DNA of 60,049 bases, the filler included, from Sphacelaria rigidula (lineage: Eukaryota): NCBI GenBank assembly GCA_964200075.2. It is 8 parts of 8 records of this genome, joined end to end, with 100 filler letters (N's around TTAATTAATTAA, not from the genome) between each part and the next. Parts side by side here need not be neighbours in the genome. Positions count along the whole stretch, not along the records: positions 1 to 7,420 come from CAXNAA020015007.1; positions 7,521 to 14,939 come from CAXNAA020015008.1; 6 more parts are not named here. One strand, given 5' to 3'. Position 1 is the stretch's first letter. Every line of letters begins with the position of its first letter. Positions 1 through 14,300 of the stretch are shown here, in pieces. A program made the position numbers and the translations under genes. The notes beneath the pieces were generated by a model. The model made no database searches. It was not told the origin of the DNA and saw only the letters and a program-made list of their open reading frames with translations.

Positions 1-1899
1 GGCTTAACAAGATACTCGACTGTCAATCAGGCTCGCCTAATGGGGGAGAGGTGGATAGCTCCGCAGGGGATAGTAATAACATAATCGTCAGCGTCGATTT
101 TCGGGTTAGCCTGATTAATAGTATGTAATGGTTGATGAGTTGATGGGGACAAAAAATGCACCGAGTGCATACCGCATTGAGTTCCATTTGTTTTTGGTTG
201 CAGGCATTTTAATTTGCGGTAATTCTAGTGAGACACTGCCGTACGTAGAAACGGGACAACACATAATACCAGAATTCTTGAGCCGAAGCAAACCTGCATG
301 CGCGATTGTGCACCTGAAAACTCTTCGCAGTGAATGATATGCTCCGAAGATATAGGGGTAGAACGGTGCATCACAAAAACCGAGACAGGTGGATTCATCC
401 CCAGGTCCGCTACAATCTACTCATGGTTGACCCACTTTTATAAATGACGCTAACCCCTAATTGACCCTGACCCCAACCCAAGGCATACCGAGAACCCTCA
501 GGCAACGGGGGTGCAAAAGGTTTTTTTGGTAAAAAAAATTGTGTGTTGGCAGGCCTCAAATCAGCGCCTGATTCCGACAACGACGTGTTTTGCGCACCCT
601 AGAACCACTGGGGACTGTCAGCATCATCAAAGATCCCAATCTCGGTATTCGCACATATAACCACGGGTATATTGTAGGAGAACCGGGGTAAACGGTACTG
701 ACCCGGGACCGCAGAGAGTGAACGTGCAAATGTCTAACCCCATTGCGGTGAGGGTGAGCGTGTGTGTAAAAGAATCGAGTGAAGCACAGGCGCGGGAAGC
801 CGATACAGTAGGGGACGGAAATATATCGACAATCTCGGCATACGTGTCTGTGAAAGCCTTCTGAAGTTTTCATCCGTCCTGCGAGACAACAGACCACCAA
901 TATAGATCAAGATTTTTTACTTCAGTGCTGCTGAACACATCAGGACGATCTGTTCAGTAGGGTACAAAGGCATTGATTTTGATTTTGCACCAACAAATAG
1001 AGGGCGATGACCCCAGGTTGCTCCCTCTCTGTGGTGCACTGAATCAGGGATTGTCTTCGGCGGTGACGAATTTATACCGTCCACCAGACTACAGTCACGT
1101 CGAATAGCACCACTCCCTCAGCCTTGGTCCATGAGGACATTTACTGCACATGTACAGTATACCTTTGACAGCACACCGTCGCAAGCAAAACGCCGTAAAA
1201 CGTTTTTTCGTAGAGTTGTGTTTACGTCAAAATAATAAATAAATTGATGTCTAGTCGCAACAGCTACAAAATAGTGTTTTGCGTCAGCTTTTCGGAAGGC
1301 ACCTTAGGGGAGGGGGCACAACACGGGGGGAGTTATGTCATATCACCCCTGCCGCCCAGACTTTGCTCCCAGGAATAGACCACTTTTTGGATAAATAACC
1401 ACGGCCGATGTGTTTCCATTGATCACGCACAACTCTCAAGGTAGAATTTAGTTCAAGGCAGCACCACCTGCGTCGATACACAGAAGCTACAGGCTTGTTC
1501 CGCTTCACGTTGGGCGTGCTTCCACGTTCATATTGGGGCGTATGCCCCAGGCTGTTCACTTGAATCGTAACTCAAGCACATATCGCTTCGCTTCATCGTG
1601 TTGGGCGCGTTGAAGACGTCATTCCGACTGAGGCACTAGAGTAGACACCACACCCTAGACAGTAGGCAACATTCTCAAACAGTGTACTGCGTATATATGT
1701 ATATACTTCGAATTTTTGTCTACGGGCAACAGAAATTAGATTCGATACTGTACGCAGCACACTTTTGTCAGTGTAATTTGCTGTCCAGGGTATGATAGAT
1801 ACACAGAGTTCGTTCCGGTTCACGGTATTATAGTAGGCGTGTCTACACCGCTTTATCGTGACATAATGTATCGCCCCTTCATCTGTTTTCCATCATCTT

Positions 1900-4800
1900 T
1901 CACACCTCAGGAATGGCAGGCGGTGGCGGTGCGCCCCGGCGAAGGCCGACATCTTGAATACCCACTTCCTCCAGCACCTCCTTCATCATGCACACCGCCC
2001 TCTGGATATCTTGCGTAGAAACCTGGTGATAGGCCGCACACCACAGATCGTGCGGCCAGCGGAGTCAAAAATGCAACCCGTATGGTGCAGCACAGCGATG
2101 GGATTCGGCACACCACCGACGGGAAAAAAAAGAAAAAAAAATCATCGAATCCCTCCGTGAACTGAATAATCAACATGCAGTACAACATTATGGAATTTTA
2201 TGGTCAACATGACATATACTCAACAATGTCGAGCCAGTCTCTCGACATCGACATGCGACGCAGTACAGTTGTTGGAGACCCACACAAGACGAGGAACGGG
2301 CAATCAATCCAGCACAGCGACACATGTATTAATACATTCCGTCTCGTGAAGTCGGGTCCCCGTATGGGCGTCTCGAGTATCACTCAGGCGGTGTCAGCAC
2401 GTGTTCCCAACATCTAGATCTTCCTACAGCTGTCGCAAACAACCGCGGCAAACCCTCACACAACGTCACTCCACCAGCATGCCATTTCATCAGTGAACGA
2501 CGAACACATGCACGACCTTTGAAGAAGCAAAACATCAGAACAAACCCTACGAAGAAGGCGGTAAACACGGAACAAACGTTGACGAACCTGGCTGTGTGTC
2601 ACGAACCGAATGGTACCCGGCATGGTGGCCATTGCTAGCACGCCCTTCTCCCGCAACCTGTCGCACACCGCCGACGCCGACATGCCCACCTCGGAATCCG
2701 TCAAATCCGGCCCTATATGAGCCAACACTACGTTGGTCTGCACAGATGCAGGATCTACACCAACCGCGTTCGGTACGCCCAGATCTTCCAACCCCTGTGG
2801 TGTTTTTTTGTTGTTGGGGATTTGCACGTGCATTTTGGGGTCGCTTGTATGTGAGCGGAAAGAATGGGGGGCCAAGAAGATGTGCATTAATGTGTACTCG
2901 ATGAACTCATGTGTGGAGTGGTTCATTAATTTTTATCTGATGAAGAAAAAATAAAAAAATAATCCTTCGGATCCTTGAGGCGCCCGCAGAATGTGACGTT
3001 TTTTCTTCAGGTAAAACCGACGCCAATTCAACACATCGATACACCTGGGCGTCCAGAGGGCTAGTAATGGATGGATGATTCACGTGGTCGGTTTTAATCA
3101 TGCATATTGTATCCCAAATCTCGAGATGTCTACCCCAATATATCGTGGATATATCGTATCGATATCGGCTAAAATTGGGAGATTCTTAGATATCGTATCG
3201 TATCTCGTATCCCGCAAAACATCCTGAGTTTCCTGCGATATATTGTGCGATATCATCTACAGGACATTTTGCGGGGTATAAAATACGATATGTGCAGTCC
3301 CATGTTTGAAAACCAGGTTGATTCTAGTTTTTAGAGGATTTTGTTCGAGTTTGGGGGCGAGTATCCAGATATCGTGCCCGATATCATGTGACCTCACGCG
3401 ATATTACATCGGATGTTGTATCGATATCGCCAATCTTTTACAGCAGATATCGGATATCGTACCGCTTGAATTTTTTCCTTGATACCTCTGGCTAGCCGGT
3501 TGGTTCCGTACAGATGAAAAAAATGCGGCGGGATTTGGTTTGAGGTCGTCGACATACCAATGAAGGACGCTCGAGCGAGTCAGCACAAACTCTGACCTTG
3601 TTCGAATTTTTCTGTACCCTTCAAAATATCAACCTTGTTTTGCGGATCACATCACCAACACGCAACACCCTGACCGCAAGCACGGCCTCCATGTGGTACA
3701 CTCGCGAGATTTCGAAGCCGTAGATTCTACTCATGCTGCTGAATCCATGGACTTGGCTGATCAAATGTTCCCACTCAGCTATGTGTGGAGACGCTGGGAG
3801 TGTTTTCTGTGATCAATATGAATGACTTGTATCCTCTCAGCGAAAAAGTCGCATGCATAAAATGACATATGCATGGTTCGCACGATTTTTATTTCCAATC
3901 TACAAAAAAGAAAAAAGAGAGACAACACGAACGATACTCGATAATTTCGATCCGATATTCCGTTGCTTCTGTATCGGTCAGGGTATGCGACTGTATTAAG
4001 CGTTCAACACAAGAAAACGGCAGTACAGTAAAAGATCGTAGACAGACTAGTCCAGGTTCCAGGACACACCGAACATATACCACAAAAACTATGCCTCGAC
4101 AACGGGCATAAACAGTACTGCCTGTGTCTGCTACATGAAATACTCGTGGCCCAACAGCTTCATCTGAGCGGGACGAGGCACGTGGTTGTTACACACAAGG
4201 CAGCATTTGGTACCCTGGCGCTCATTCCCCACTACAGCAGACACTAGCCCACTACATGAAAGCAGATCAGGCTCCACACCCCACACCTTCCTGAACCTGC
4301 AACATGCGCATACTGCGGAAAAAACACCAAGCTCCCCGAAAGCAAGTTGGTTCAACTGCTGTAGTTACTCATTTAGACGAACGCTGTGATTTCTTGAAGA
4401 TTTGCGGGTCAGAGTCGTCCACGTTCCACGCGACCCTGTGGCACCCGCGTAGGACACGGACTTGCTGACCAACTCGGCCCCCCACCTGTTCCACTTCCTT
4501 TTCACCACGTTCCCCGCGGTGGAGAAGCCACGCTCCAAGGGGTTTGCGCATTGTGTGTTGTCAGAGGTGTGAAGGGTGTGTGGGTGAATTTGACAACAGA
4601 TGGGCCCCGGGGTGGCTGGAATGACCACCTCTCACATGTTCTTGGACAACGGGACCGAATATCCAACTGGATCGAGAATCGAAACTTGGTTCTCGATACT
4701 GACCCGAACCTCCAAATATCCGCTGTCAGCCAGCAATTTCGTTTCTCAGGATCGCCGATGTCAGATCGCGATCTTTGTTTTGAACTCTATATGGATCTTC

Positions 4801-6608
4801 CAACACTCCTTCCGATGCTGAACATGCAGCACTCATGCTCACCACTCGGCCGTATCGACGGTGGCCGCGAAAAGGTGAAGCAGCGACCGAACTAAGGTAC
4901 CAGCAGTGGCTAGAATCGGCAAATTATGTCCGGAACAACAAGACGCCCGAGTAGAGACCAACAAGTGTACCTTAACGCAGATCTCTCAAGGGTACAGGAC
5001 AGCTCTGCTGGATTGCGCAAAACCTTGTAACCAGCTATCAAAACATCTCGGCGGTGTTTCTCGTCTTCTTGCACCAACACGGCACTAGGACAGCATGTAT
5101 ACAAAGGAAGAGACACGAGAATCGAGCCAAGTCCACGTATATTTGCGCCGCAAGAAAACTTCGCTCACCACCGCACCCTAGATTATGTGTTGGTAGAGAG
5201 GATATACCTCTCTTTGGTCACCTCCGAAACACACACTCGAGGTGCCATGCACAAACGCACACAACAGAGGAAAAATCAAAATAGAAAATACCAAAAATAC
5301 TCAATTTATTGAGCAAAAAACACAAATCCTCCTTTACCCCCCTCCCTCCCTCCCTCCCCTCCCTCTGCGCCGTCTCGAAAGGGATGTGTGGCCAACAGTC
5401 AAACGATGAAGACAAGCAACATTTGAGTACGCCCTCCGCCCCTCCGTCCTCTCCCCGTACCAGAAACGAAACAAAAGTAGGGGGAAGAAAACTCGCGCGC
5501 CGAGGAATACGCACCTGTGCGAGCCTTCTAGCGTTGGCGTGGTCGTCGCTCAATCTCGGGAGCTGCTTCCTGAGCCCCTCCATTGCCGCGGCGGCTACCA
5601 CCCCCGACTGCCTCATCCCTCCCCCAAGCGCCTTGCGTACCCGGTGCGCTCGGCTGATGAAATCAGCAGACCCCACCACCGCGGAGCCAACTGGCGCACC
5701 TAGCCCTGCCGTTTTGTTGTTTGGTGGGTAGGTCGGTCGGCCGTGTGTTCGGGTTTGTTGTTGTTTTTTTCGACGAGTCCATCGACCGGTCGAGAGCATA
5801 GCATGGCGGTATCCAGTCCCCAGCAACATACATATATTCAAGTCATGCTCTACTCAGATACCTCTCGTTTCGCTGGATCTATCAGTCATGAAGTATAGTA
5901 CCATAACATCCAGTCTCCCAAAGCACACCAGTATATATACATACATACATGCCATGCTTTATTCACAGACAATCCATAGTACACCATGATTAACACCACC
6001 ACGGGTGTTCATCCACCCCATAAGCACACTAGAGCACCCCCCCCCCTACCCCCTACCCCACTCCTTCCTGCAGTGCACTGCTCATGCGCGTGATTTCTTC
6101 CTGCTGCTTCCTGACTGCCTGACAAAAAAGGACACGTACACGAGTGTTTCGACCCTGTAGCGACAGCATAATGTGGCGAGCACACCAAACATCCGCACTG
6201 TCCGCACAGGCATGGCGGGGCATTTATTTCGGCGCTCCTTTCCACCCTCTACCCCGCTCCACGTGTCCAGGCTATCAGTTGTTGTTTCAAACCTCCATGT
6301 CCTTGCCGAAAAAAAGGTAGTCAACCCGGCAATGTCAAATGCTAAACCACAAGTATGCTGCCGTGTGTTTGGTACAAGGGAGCGTAGCAGCCAATACTTG
6401 CTCACGAACACGCACTGGCATGATACGCATGTTCTGGTGTTGCTCCGGCCCATCTGAGGAGCAGCCCTCCTACTTTTCCCCCTTCACCTTTGGAGTAGCA
6501 CACGGAGACACTATCCACGCCGGACACGATGGAAGCAGGAGACCGCCGAGTAGCAGCAGCAGCGTTCCATAAGCGAGCGCCGTCCATGTGCACCCTCAGT
6601 CCTTCCTC
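1900..6608 (-). CDS. ltaE: Low-specificity L-threonine aldolase (PLP-dependent), 3' four exons; 5' part is outside the contig
   Basis: Exons 6608-6488, 5705-5515, 2794-2588 and 2022-1900 splice in frame at GT-AG sites. They give [18 protein letters not shown]...[17 protein letters not shown]...[17 protein letters not shown]...[16 protein letters not shown]...VQTNVV...[18 protein letters not shown]...PEV*. HxDGARLx[12 protein letters not shown] (PLP lysine) and GGGMRQ are diagnostic family motifs. Confidence 0.95.
3105..3462. repeat. Dense array of GATATC/CGATAT motifs (intronic low-complexity element)
   Basis: Many copies of ATATCG/CGATAT/GATATC in both orientations within ~350 bp. Confidence 0.5.
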
Positions 6609-6647
6609 CTGGATCCCCACAAGCAAAAAACGCACACACAACCGTTC

Positions 6648-6998
6648 GCCCCGGTGGCTCAGTTGGTAACCTCGAAACCTTCTGGCGCTTGGGATGTGAG
6701 TTCGAATCTCGGTAAAGCCACACAATCTGAGATATTTCTCATATCACTATTCCAGCAGTGGAGAGCGACCATGTCCTGAGTACACAAAGGTCGACCTCAC
6801 CGTCGACGGGGGTAAGGGACGGCCGAACATTTCTTTCGATAAAAATGAAGGCAAGCACCGCAGAAGCAAGGTGGAGTAGAAGAAACAAAGAAACTCCTGC
6901 GTGTGGCCTTCCTCCTGCGTGACCCCGGCTGGTGCACCCACATATATTGAAAGGTGCAGACTGGCGTCCAGAATAGATGCGATGACAACACACACACA
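6648..6998 (+). mobile_element. tRNA-derived SINE (intronic, antisense to the threonine aldolase gene)
   Basis: The head has a Pol III A box TGGCTCAGTTGG (6655-6666) and B box GTTCGAATC (6700-6708), followed by a ~280-bp body and a (CA)n tail. A second diverged copy is at 18560-19032. Confidence 0.8.
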
Positions 6999-7344
6999 AG
7001 AGCGCCGTCAAATTTCATCTTTACCAGCAACCCCACCCCCCCGCGCTCCACCGCAGCACAATAGTGCAGTGAATTTTCAGCCATCAACAGCGGAGAAAAC
7101 AGTGACAAGCACGAAACGTTCGACGCAGCCAACCGAATAAAACTATTCATACGAACCGCGAAAAGTAACGGGGGCGTCAAGGAAGAACGCCGCCGATCAC
7201 AGCATCGCCGAGGACATGCACCGAAAAGACGCGAGCGCATTTCAGGCCCCCGCGATATGAACACACAGGATAAATTAGATTTGGAGCATACATGAAGAAG
7301 AGGGGAGGATCTTCCGTGACTCGCAGAAACGGGAGCGCTCGCCG

Positions 7345-7420
7345 AGCGGGGGTTGGGGGGTTAGGGGCGGGGGGGGGCGTACTCATTTGTTGCTTGCCTT
7401 AGTCGTTTGACCATTGACCA
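7345..7420 (+). repeat. Short G-run-flanked dispersed repeat (7 copies in window)
   Basis: Core GGGGGCGTACTCATTTGTTGCTTGCCTTAGTCGTTTGACCATTGACCACGCATCCCTTTCGAGACG. Also at ~5335-5445(-), ~23680-23745, ~29870-29977(-), ~37700-37790, ~42757-42870 and ~44943-45013. Confidence 0.85.
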
Positions 7421-7520
7421 NNNNNNNNNNNNNNNNNNNNNNNNNNNNNNNNNNNNNNNNNNNNTTAATTAATTAANNNNNNNNNNNNNNNNNNNNNNNN
7501 NNNNNNNNNNNNNNNNNNNN
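7421..7520. other. Artificial contig spacer N44-TTAATTAATTAA-N44 (first of seven)
   Basis: Identical 100-bp spacers are at 7421-7520, 14940-15039, 22459-22558, 29978-30077, 37496-37595, 45014-45113 and 52532-52631. The 12-mer puts stops in all six frames. Confidence 0.98.
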
Positions 7521-8316
7521 TTAGCTGCTCTATTCCATGTCCATGTCTGGACTGTGTTATGGTGAGATAAATAAATTGTGTTCCCGGGGAGAAACCATTG
7601 GATTGTTTAATTTCTATCCTGTCGTGTATGTCGGTCCGGAACGTTTTGTAGTGGCGGTCCCCGGTATATGTACGGCGGCAGTCTGTACATTTGTCTAGGT
7701 TTGGTGGCTTGTTTTACAGCGTCGTTGCCACTCGACGGCAACCCAAGAGTCTAGAGGCGAGGGGGAGCGGTGGGGGGGGGGGTGCTAGTTCAAAGTTTGC
7801 GTGACGGCGACAGGGCTGCTATTTCTTTATTTCTCTGTTTTTTCTGCGACCAGCGGGGCATCTTCTTGCCTCTGGCATTGTGTTTTCCCGTACCATAATA
7901 TGTAGTCGCGATAAGGGGTCATGCACGGGGAAATACCTGCTTCATTCTTTCTTGAGACAAATGGACCGAAATCGATCACTCCTCACCCGAACGTTGTCCT
8001 GAAAATGTGCTTAGATTGATCATATGCTTTTGCTCTAGTGAAGTCAACTCGCGTGAGACAATGCCTTCGGCGGGACCCCCTCACCAGCCAGGGGGGGCGG
8101 TGGTTGCGGCCGCCCCACAACCGCGCAGCTTCGCCGTAGACTCAAAGTACTGGCAAATTAGAGTATATTGGCTACCAACGCAGCCAGTATGAAATATTTT
8201 GACCGGCTGCATCAGTACCCCAACCCTAGCATTTTTCGATACCATTGCTTTGAATCTCCGCCGGTAGCATCCCGTGCACTGGCCGTAACACGCTCCGTGT
8301 GTTATTTATCAAGCAG

Positions 8317-11300
8317 GCATCGACTGTAATCCAGAGAGGGGTACGCTATGCGTGGGATCGACGAGCTACTGCCCGACGTCTCCGATTGCACGCCTCCGCC
8401 AGGCCAATTCAGGCGTCGATCAGAATGTTCACCAAGAGACAGCAGTACATGCGCCTGCTGCGACTTAGAAGAGAGTTGTTCGCTTGCTGCAAGGTGATCA
8501 TGGGAGGGAGGGGAAGTCGAGAGAGAGCACATGCGTTTAGTTATTTTCTACCGGGCAGGAGAGATGACAGTCACTTTCGTCGGGCAAGACCAGCATGACA
8601 AGATAACTAAACATTATCTCCTATCCGGTTTTATAGTGTTCGCAGGACCTCTTGATCGTGGTGTATACATGATTTAGGAATACCCACGTAAAAAGCATTT
8701 TGGCTGATTTTGTGGTAAATCACACTATGTGCTAGTATAACATACCGCGGAAAGTCTTTCAGCTGAGGGTTTCAGGGCAACTCCCCGTAGGCAACAATGA
8801 TGATGTCGCGATTTCACTACGCCAGGCCTGCCGTAAATACTCCTCGTTGTACAGCTCCAGAGGGTGTGTCGAGGTATGAAGGGACGGCGCAGAGCGGCTG
8901 CTCGGCGCAGCATGATCGCAGCTGCCACAAAGGCGACGCACTGGGTGTCATTGAACAACCTACAGCCGAAACATTTGAAAGAGCTAGCACAAGCCATTCA
9001 TGGAGCTCTCTTGGACCCTCTGGTACGTTCTTGTTGCAAAAACGTCTGTGAATGGACACGTGCCAAACTTTCGGAAGACCTAGGTGGTTAGATGTGCTTC
9101 ATGACGTTAGAAAAAACTATAACGTCTCTGTCGTCGAGAGTTTGCCGTGGATCATGTCGACGAGGCGGGAGCATAGACAGCCCGTATGAAATAGCTAGCC
9201 GCTTCTGAGTGACGCTCTTGCTACCTTTTCACGAGAGCTCCTTGCTCAGTGTCTGCTATTCATCGATTCTGCTGTACACGTGAGTCGTGCTCGTGACCAA
9301 GTATCCCACACAAGCGGAGCCGACGTCCCAGCACCCTCTCATATCGCATGCCACGGTGTCCCCCGCCGCACACTCCTTGGCTATCCTGCCATGTCAACTT
9401 GACACATATGCTGACGCCCAGCGTCCGCTACCGCCTCCTGCAGTGCTTGGGGCCCTTCGTACAGCACTAGCTATCCTCGACTGCACAGAGGCAGAGGACG
9501 GGGAAGGCAATGCGGGCGATACGGTAACCTTCCAGACGGCTCTGGGGCGCACGGTTCGTGGCGCTGTGTTGGCGCCCGAGCTAACGTGGGAGATGGCCGC
9601 GAGAGTACTGGGAAGACCATTCAGGTGACTAATGCGGCCATGCTCAACGCGTGCCATTCGCTTAACGATGAGTGCTAAACATTCAAGCAGAGAAGAAGCG
9701 CGTGTCTCACTTCAGGGAGACACCGATCCCGGAGTGCTCTTCGGAAGAGTCGACCTAAAGTTTTGGTCGTATATCTATGGTTGATATTTTCGAACAAACT
9801 AACAATAATGCTAACCCTAACCCCGACCCAAGGCGTACGAGACCGTCGGGCAAGGGGGGTGTATAGGCAAAGTGTGCGTTGGCAGACCTGAAATCGACGC
9901 CGCAGGTGCCGCTTTAGACAAAAACACGTTCTGGACGAGCTGGGTTCGCTGCTCACCTGCCCCAAACCATAATTTTTCTCAGAACTTTCTCAAGCCTAAA
10001 ATGAAGTAGTCATGTTATTAATTAACCATAGATATTCGACCATAGCTTGAGGTCTCCTGCTTTCGGAAACGTAGCCATGACAGTAACGGCCGACATGTCG
10101 TGTAGATCAGTCGCACGCCGTGGTTTGAATGGCGGAGAGCTAAATTTGCGCGGCATCTCTGCACGTCTCGGCAGGCTTCTTCGCCGAATGAGAGCTTTCG
10201 CATCTGGCCTTGGCGCTATTTCCGACCCTGCGCCGGTTCGTCTCTTGCGCCTACCACGTCGAGCTGTCCAGCTGTTGGAGGCTTATCGTCAAGACCCGGC
10301 GTGGTCCGACGAGGCCTTGGCCTCGGTTTCGGCTGGCGCAAAGACAGCGATGGCATTTGTGGGCTGGACGAGAGAACTTGGACGGGTGTACGAAGAACAA
10401 CCGCATGTGCAAGATTTTCTCCGGCAAGATGGCATGCAGTAGGGTTTTACTTTAAAGGTACACGGCACTCGTTGTGATGAAAACGACATGATGGACACAG
10501 AAAGCTGGCACCATGGCAGGTATCGCACCTCACGAACGAGTTGACAGGTACGCGAGTTTTTTTCGTGTAGCTCAGGAGAGAAGAGGCGCACAAACCCGCC
10601 ATGAGCACGTGGGGGCAGACGTCGGTAGATTCACGCTGCGGTGGACTGTCGTGTGATGTTGTGGTTACGACAAAAGAGGGCGTGTACACATCAAACGACC
10701 AGTGTTCCAAAAGTGCACTTAGGATAGTCTCCATGTCGTCACTAGAGCAGTTTGCCTTCCTCGCGATGAACATCGATCCCTCTATCGCCGCTGCGTGCAC
10801 ATTCGCTTCCATGTACAGCGATGCACAGCCTGCCTGGCTACGCAAGAGTAGATCCCTCCAGCGACGGCGCCGGTCCCTTGAACTCCGTGCCGAATGCTGC
10901 CGATCTGCGGTATACGTCGCGAGCAACCGCGTCGACAAGTTCAAAGATGGGGGCCGTGCATATGGCGTCCCTTTGCGAGCGCTCGGCGTGCTGAACGAGC
11001 GGCTTAAGAACGCAGAAAATGAGCTTTTGGTGTTGACGAACAAACGCAAAGCATTCCTCGAAAAGCAGGCCGCAGAGGAGGTAATACAACGCAATTTTCT
11101 CCACCAAAGCTCGATTCAGAATCATCTTCCTGGGAGTCAAACCTGAGATTTGTAGTCATCACCCTCCATCGATTGACGGCGTTGCACTATGTGGTGCTGA
11201 TTCAGCAGCGACAGTCACCAGGTCTTGTGGGCATGCACACCAAAGGTGGCTTCACTGTACTATTCTAGATATATATCTCAACTCACTGCACACAATTCTG

Positions 11301-14300
11301 AACCCAGGCCGCGGATGGAAGGGTGCGAGTAGAAAACGCGGAGTTTGCTGAACGGGAAGCCTCCGTTGCGGCAAGGGCGGAGCGTATGACTCGGCGAACG
11401 GGTCTGGGGGGACCGCATGTTTTGGCTGAGTGTGAACGAAAAACTCGGGACTGTGAGGTCGTCTTGAGGTGACCGTCGGGTGCTGCGAGACGAGAAAATG
11501 ATTATCAACGGCGATTCTTGTGCCTTCGGAAATCAGATCCGACAATATATGTAGCGCTTGGATAATCGTAGCGTCGGTTGTCCACAAGTGCGTTTTTTTG
11601 CGCGCATATGCGCTTCTCCTTTAACATACTCGACGCCCGAATCTCTGTACGCTCTGATACAAAATATGCTTCGTTTGTGGCGGCGCTTGGCAACAGAGAG
11701 ATGAAGCGGCTTGTGCGCGTGTGGGAGAGAAGATGCCGCGAAGATAGCGGACCATTGTTGGGCGAATGGGCTCCCCCGACGGAGCAGCATTTCAGCCTAT
11801 CACGATCGTTGGGCACGGCCCGAGCTTGGGTTGAGATCCTTCTCGCCCAGAAAGCGAGGTAGAGCTGGGGATGGTCGATACGAAGGTAGTATATTTTGCT
11901 GCAGTCATACATTTCGTGCTGGTGCAGAGCATGATGGAGGATTGGGATCATGTAAGAATGCGACAGGCGCAAAAATACAGCACGCCAACAAATGTGATAT
12001 AGGGGCTCACAAATACGCGGTTGGCGGTTAACCACCGCCAGGCGAAGCAACTATGAGGTCACCTATAGCGACGAATTCAACAGCTACTCATCTCAGTGCT
12101 TGTAGCTCAACATATCCCCTTCATTTGACGCTGAACTATGCGTTTCAATGAGACATGCGGTTGTTCCTGGCGCATGCAAAAACCCACCTCGCTCTCGATG
12201 CAGAATTGTGGAAGAAGCTGGCGGACCCCGTTTCTTGAAGGGGCTTACCGGAAAGAAGTCGGGAGAGTGGACGCGTGTGACCGAAGGCTTACAGGCATGC
12301 CGGGCTGATGTGGAGGCGGGAGAAGCGAGGATGGCGGACTTCGTTCGGCGATTCGAAGTCGATGTGGCCACGACGAACTTCGAAGCGTCTGCGAAAAAGG
12401 TGAAATGATGCCGAGGTATAAGTGTACAGTAAACTGTGAGAATGCATGGACTAGCAATGGCAGCACGCTCGGCCGTCGTGCTTGGGTAGCAACCAAGAGG
12501 CGATCTTTTGTTCACGCTTCCCACCCATTCCACGAGATCTTACCCGGTGGCGCTGAAGGTATCACCAACTCAATGCCTCCGGCCACACCGCAGAGGCAAA
12601 CATTTCATCACTTATGCCGTATGTATAATGGACGGCGATCACTTGCTCGTTTTTGGAAATAGGTATGCTATGCGTCGTGGGACAATGCCACAGATGAAAC
12701 GAAGCACGAAGAACGCGCGGAAGACCGAGAGGCAGCTTTGGAAGAACGCCGAACCGCTATGGGCGCAACTCTGCCCCCAGGATTCCTTGACAATTCCCAC
12801 GAGCCCTCGAGGAGACCGACGCTCGTGCTTCTCGGCCTGGATCTACCGACAGCTGTTCGTTGTGCGATCAGGGCAAAACTTGATAGCGATGTGCCTGAAA
12901 TGTTTGGCTTGCATTTGAGTGGAAGCAACGCACTATCGTCGCTCGCTGAGTCTCTTAGGCGCCGTGGTCGCGGGTTTCTGGGGCCCTCGCTAGAGCCAGG
13001 ATCGACTTCTACGTGGTCCCAGCAGGAGGCAATGACTTTACGGGGTAGTAACATTGTCATGGAGGCACGAAAGAAAGAGCTCCGTGCAAGTGGTGGAACA
13101 TTTTGCGATCGAAACGATGCCGGATACGCAGGTACCGGACGAAGGCCACTCGCGGGGAGAGGATCCAAGGACAACAGAACTAGCCGTGTGCAGGCTGCCT
13201 TGGCCGCTGGACGGAACGTTTCCGTGGAGGTTCTGCCCGGACCAGGGCTATGGGCTCGTGGTCGATTCCTCCGCGACCTGGAGGCGCTACTTGAGGGCAT
13301 AGACGGATACAGCGGCCATAAAGGCAGCACCGGCGGCAACGTAGGCATGGGTCCCGCCGTGATCCTTGTTCGTGGACACACAGGGAATCGTTCCGGCGGT
13401 GGCGCAGATATTGGGCTCGGTACGAAAGCTGCGGTAGTGGGTAAGATGACGCACGTGAACGCCTCGAAGCTCGAAACCAGTGAGGCAGAAGCTGTGGCGG
13501 CAACGGGGACGAGAAGAGTGAAACGTCATTTAGAGGAGGCAGCTCAGTACCTCCATGATCTGTATGTTACGCATGGGAAGAACATCAATCCTCTTGCGGA
13601 GTCGTCGGCGTGGCAACCTACTGTCGTGAGAGAGTCAGCACTTGACAAAAAGGAAGCTACCCCATACGTCCCAGGAAGTGCGCGAATTTCCACTTGCGAT
13701 ACGACAGGCAATGTTGCAAAGTGTCCTCAGACTCCAGGCCTTGAGATGCTCCTGGCAGCGTGCCAGATGCTCCTCAATCCAACTAGACTCTACCCATCAA
13801 CGGAGGAAGAGCGGCTGAACAACCGGTGGGTGTCCGCTGGCCCTAGGCGTTTGAAAAAGACAGCTGTCACGGCGGAGTTACTCCCCAGAGCCCCTCGGAT
13901 GCCGTCGTATATTTCAGATCTGGCAGCAGCATGTAGGGAACAGTTGGCGAAGGTCCATTCTGTAGTGCAAGTGGCTGATGTGCTTCACAGGGTCGACCTC
14001 ACCATGGTGCCATTTGCAACCGCCCTAGCACTTCGAGAGCTCTCGAGACATCCGAATTGGCCCTCGGTATCTCCCCGCCCGTTATTCGCCGGATGCTGTG
14101 CCCTGGAAGCTTTTTCTGGATGGATAGTTGCTGCTGTGAATGCAGCTACGGCGTTGTCTCTTGCTGGGGGCGGAGGCGACGACAGCTACCATAACCTACA
14201 AGCGAAACGAGACAATATACCCGGGCTAGATTCGGGCAGCATGGAGATCAACGCGTCGAGGTTGGCAACACCAAGGGCTGTGGCAAGTAGCATGCCGTCT

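Noticed and set aside
6648-6720. tRNA gene
   Set aside because: It has A and B boxes but no convincing acceptor stem or cloverleaf, and it continues into a body shared with another dispersed copy, so it is a SINE head.
7465-7476. TTAATTAATTAA recurring every ~7.5 kb as a biological periodic motif
   Set aside because: It is always centred in 44+44 Ns, so it is an assembly linker.
12668-13381. 237-aa minus-strand ORF
   Set aside because: It is the antisense shadow of the long plus-strand exon.
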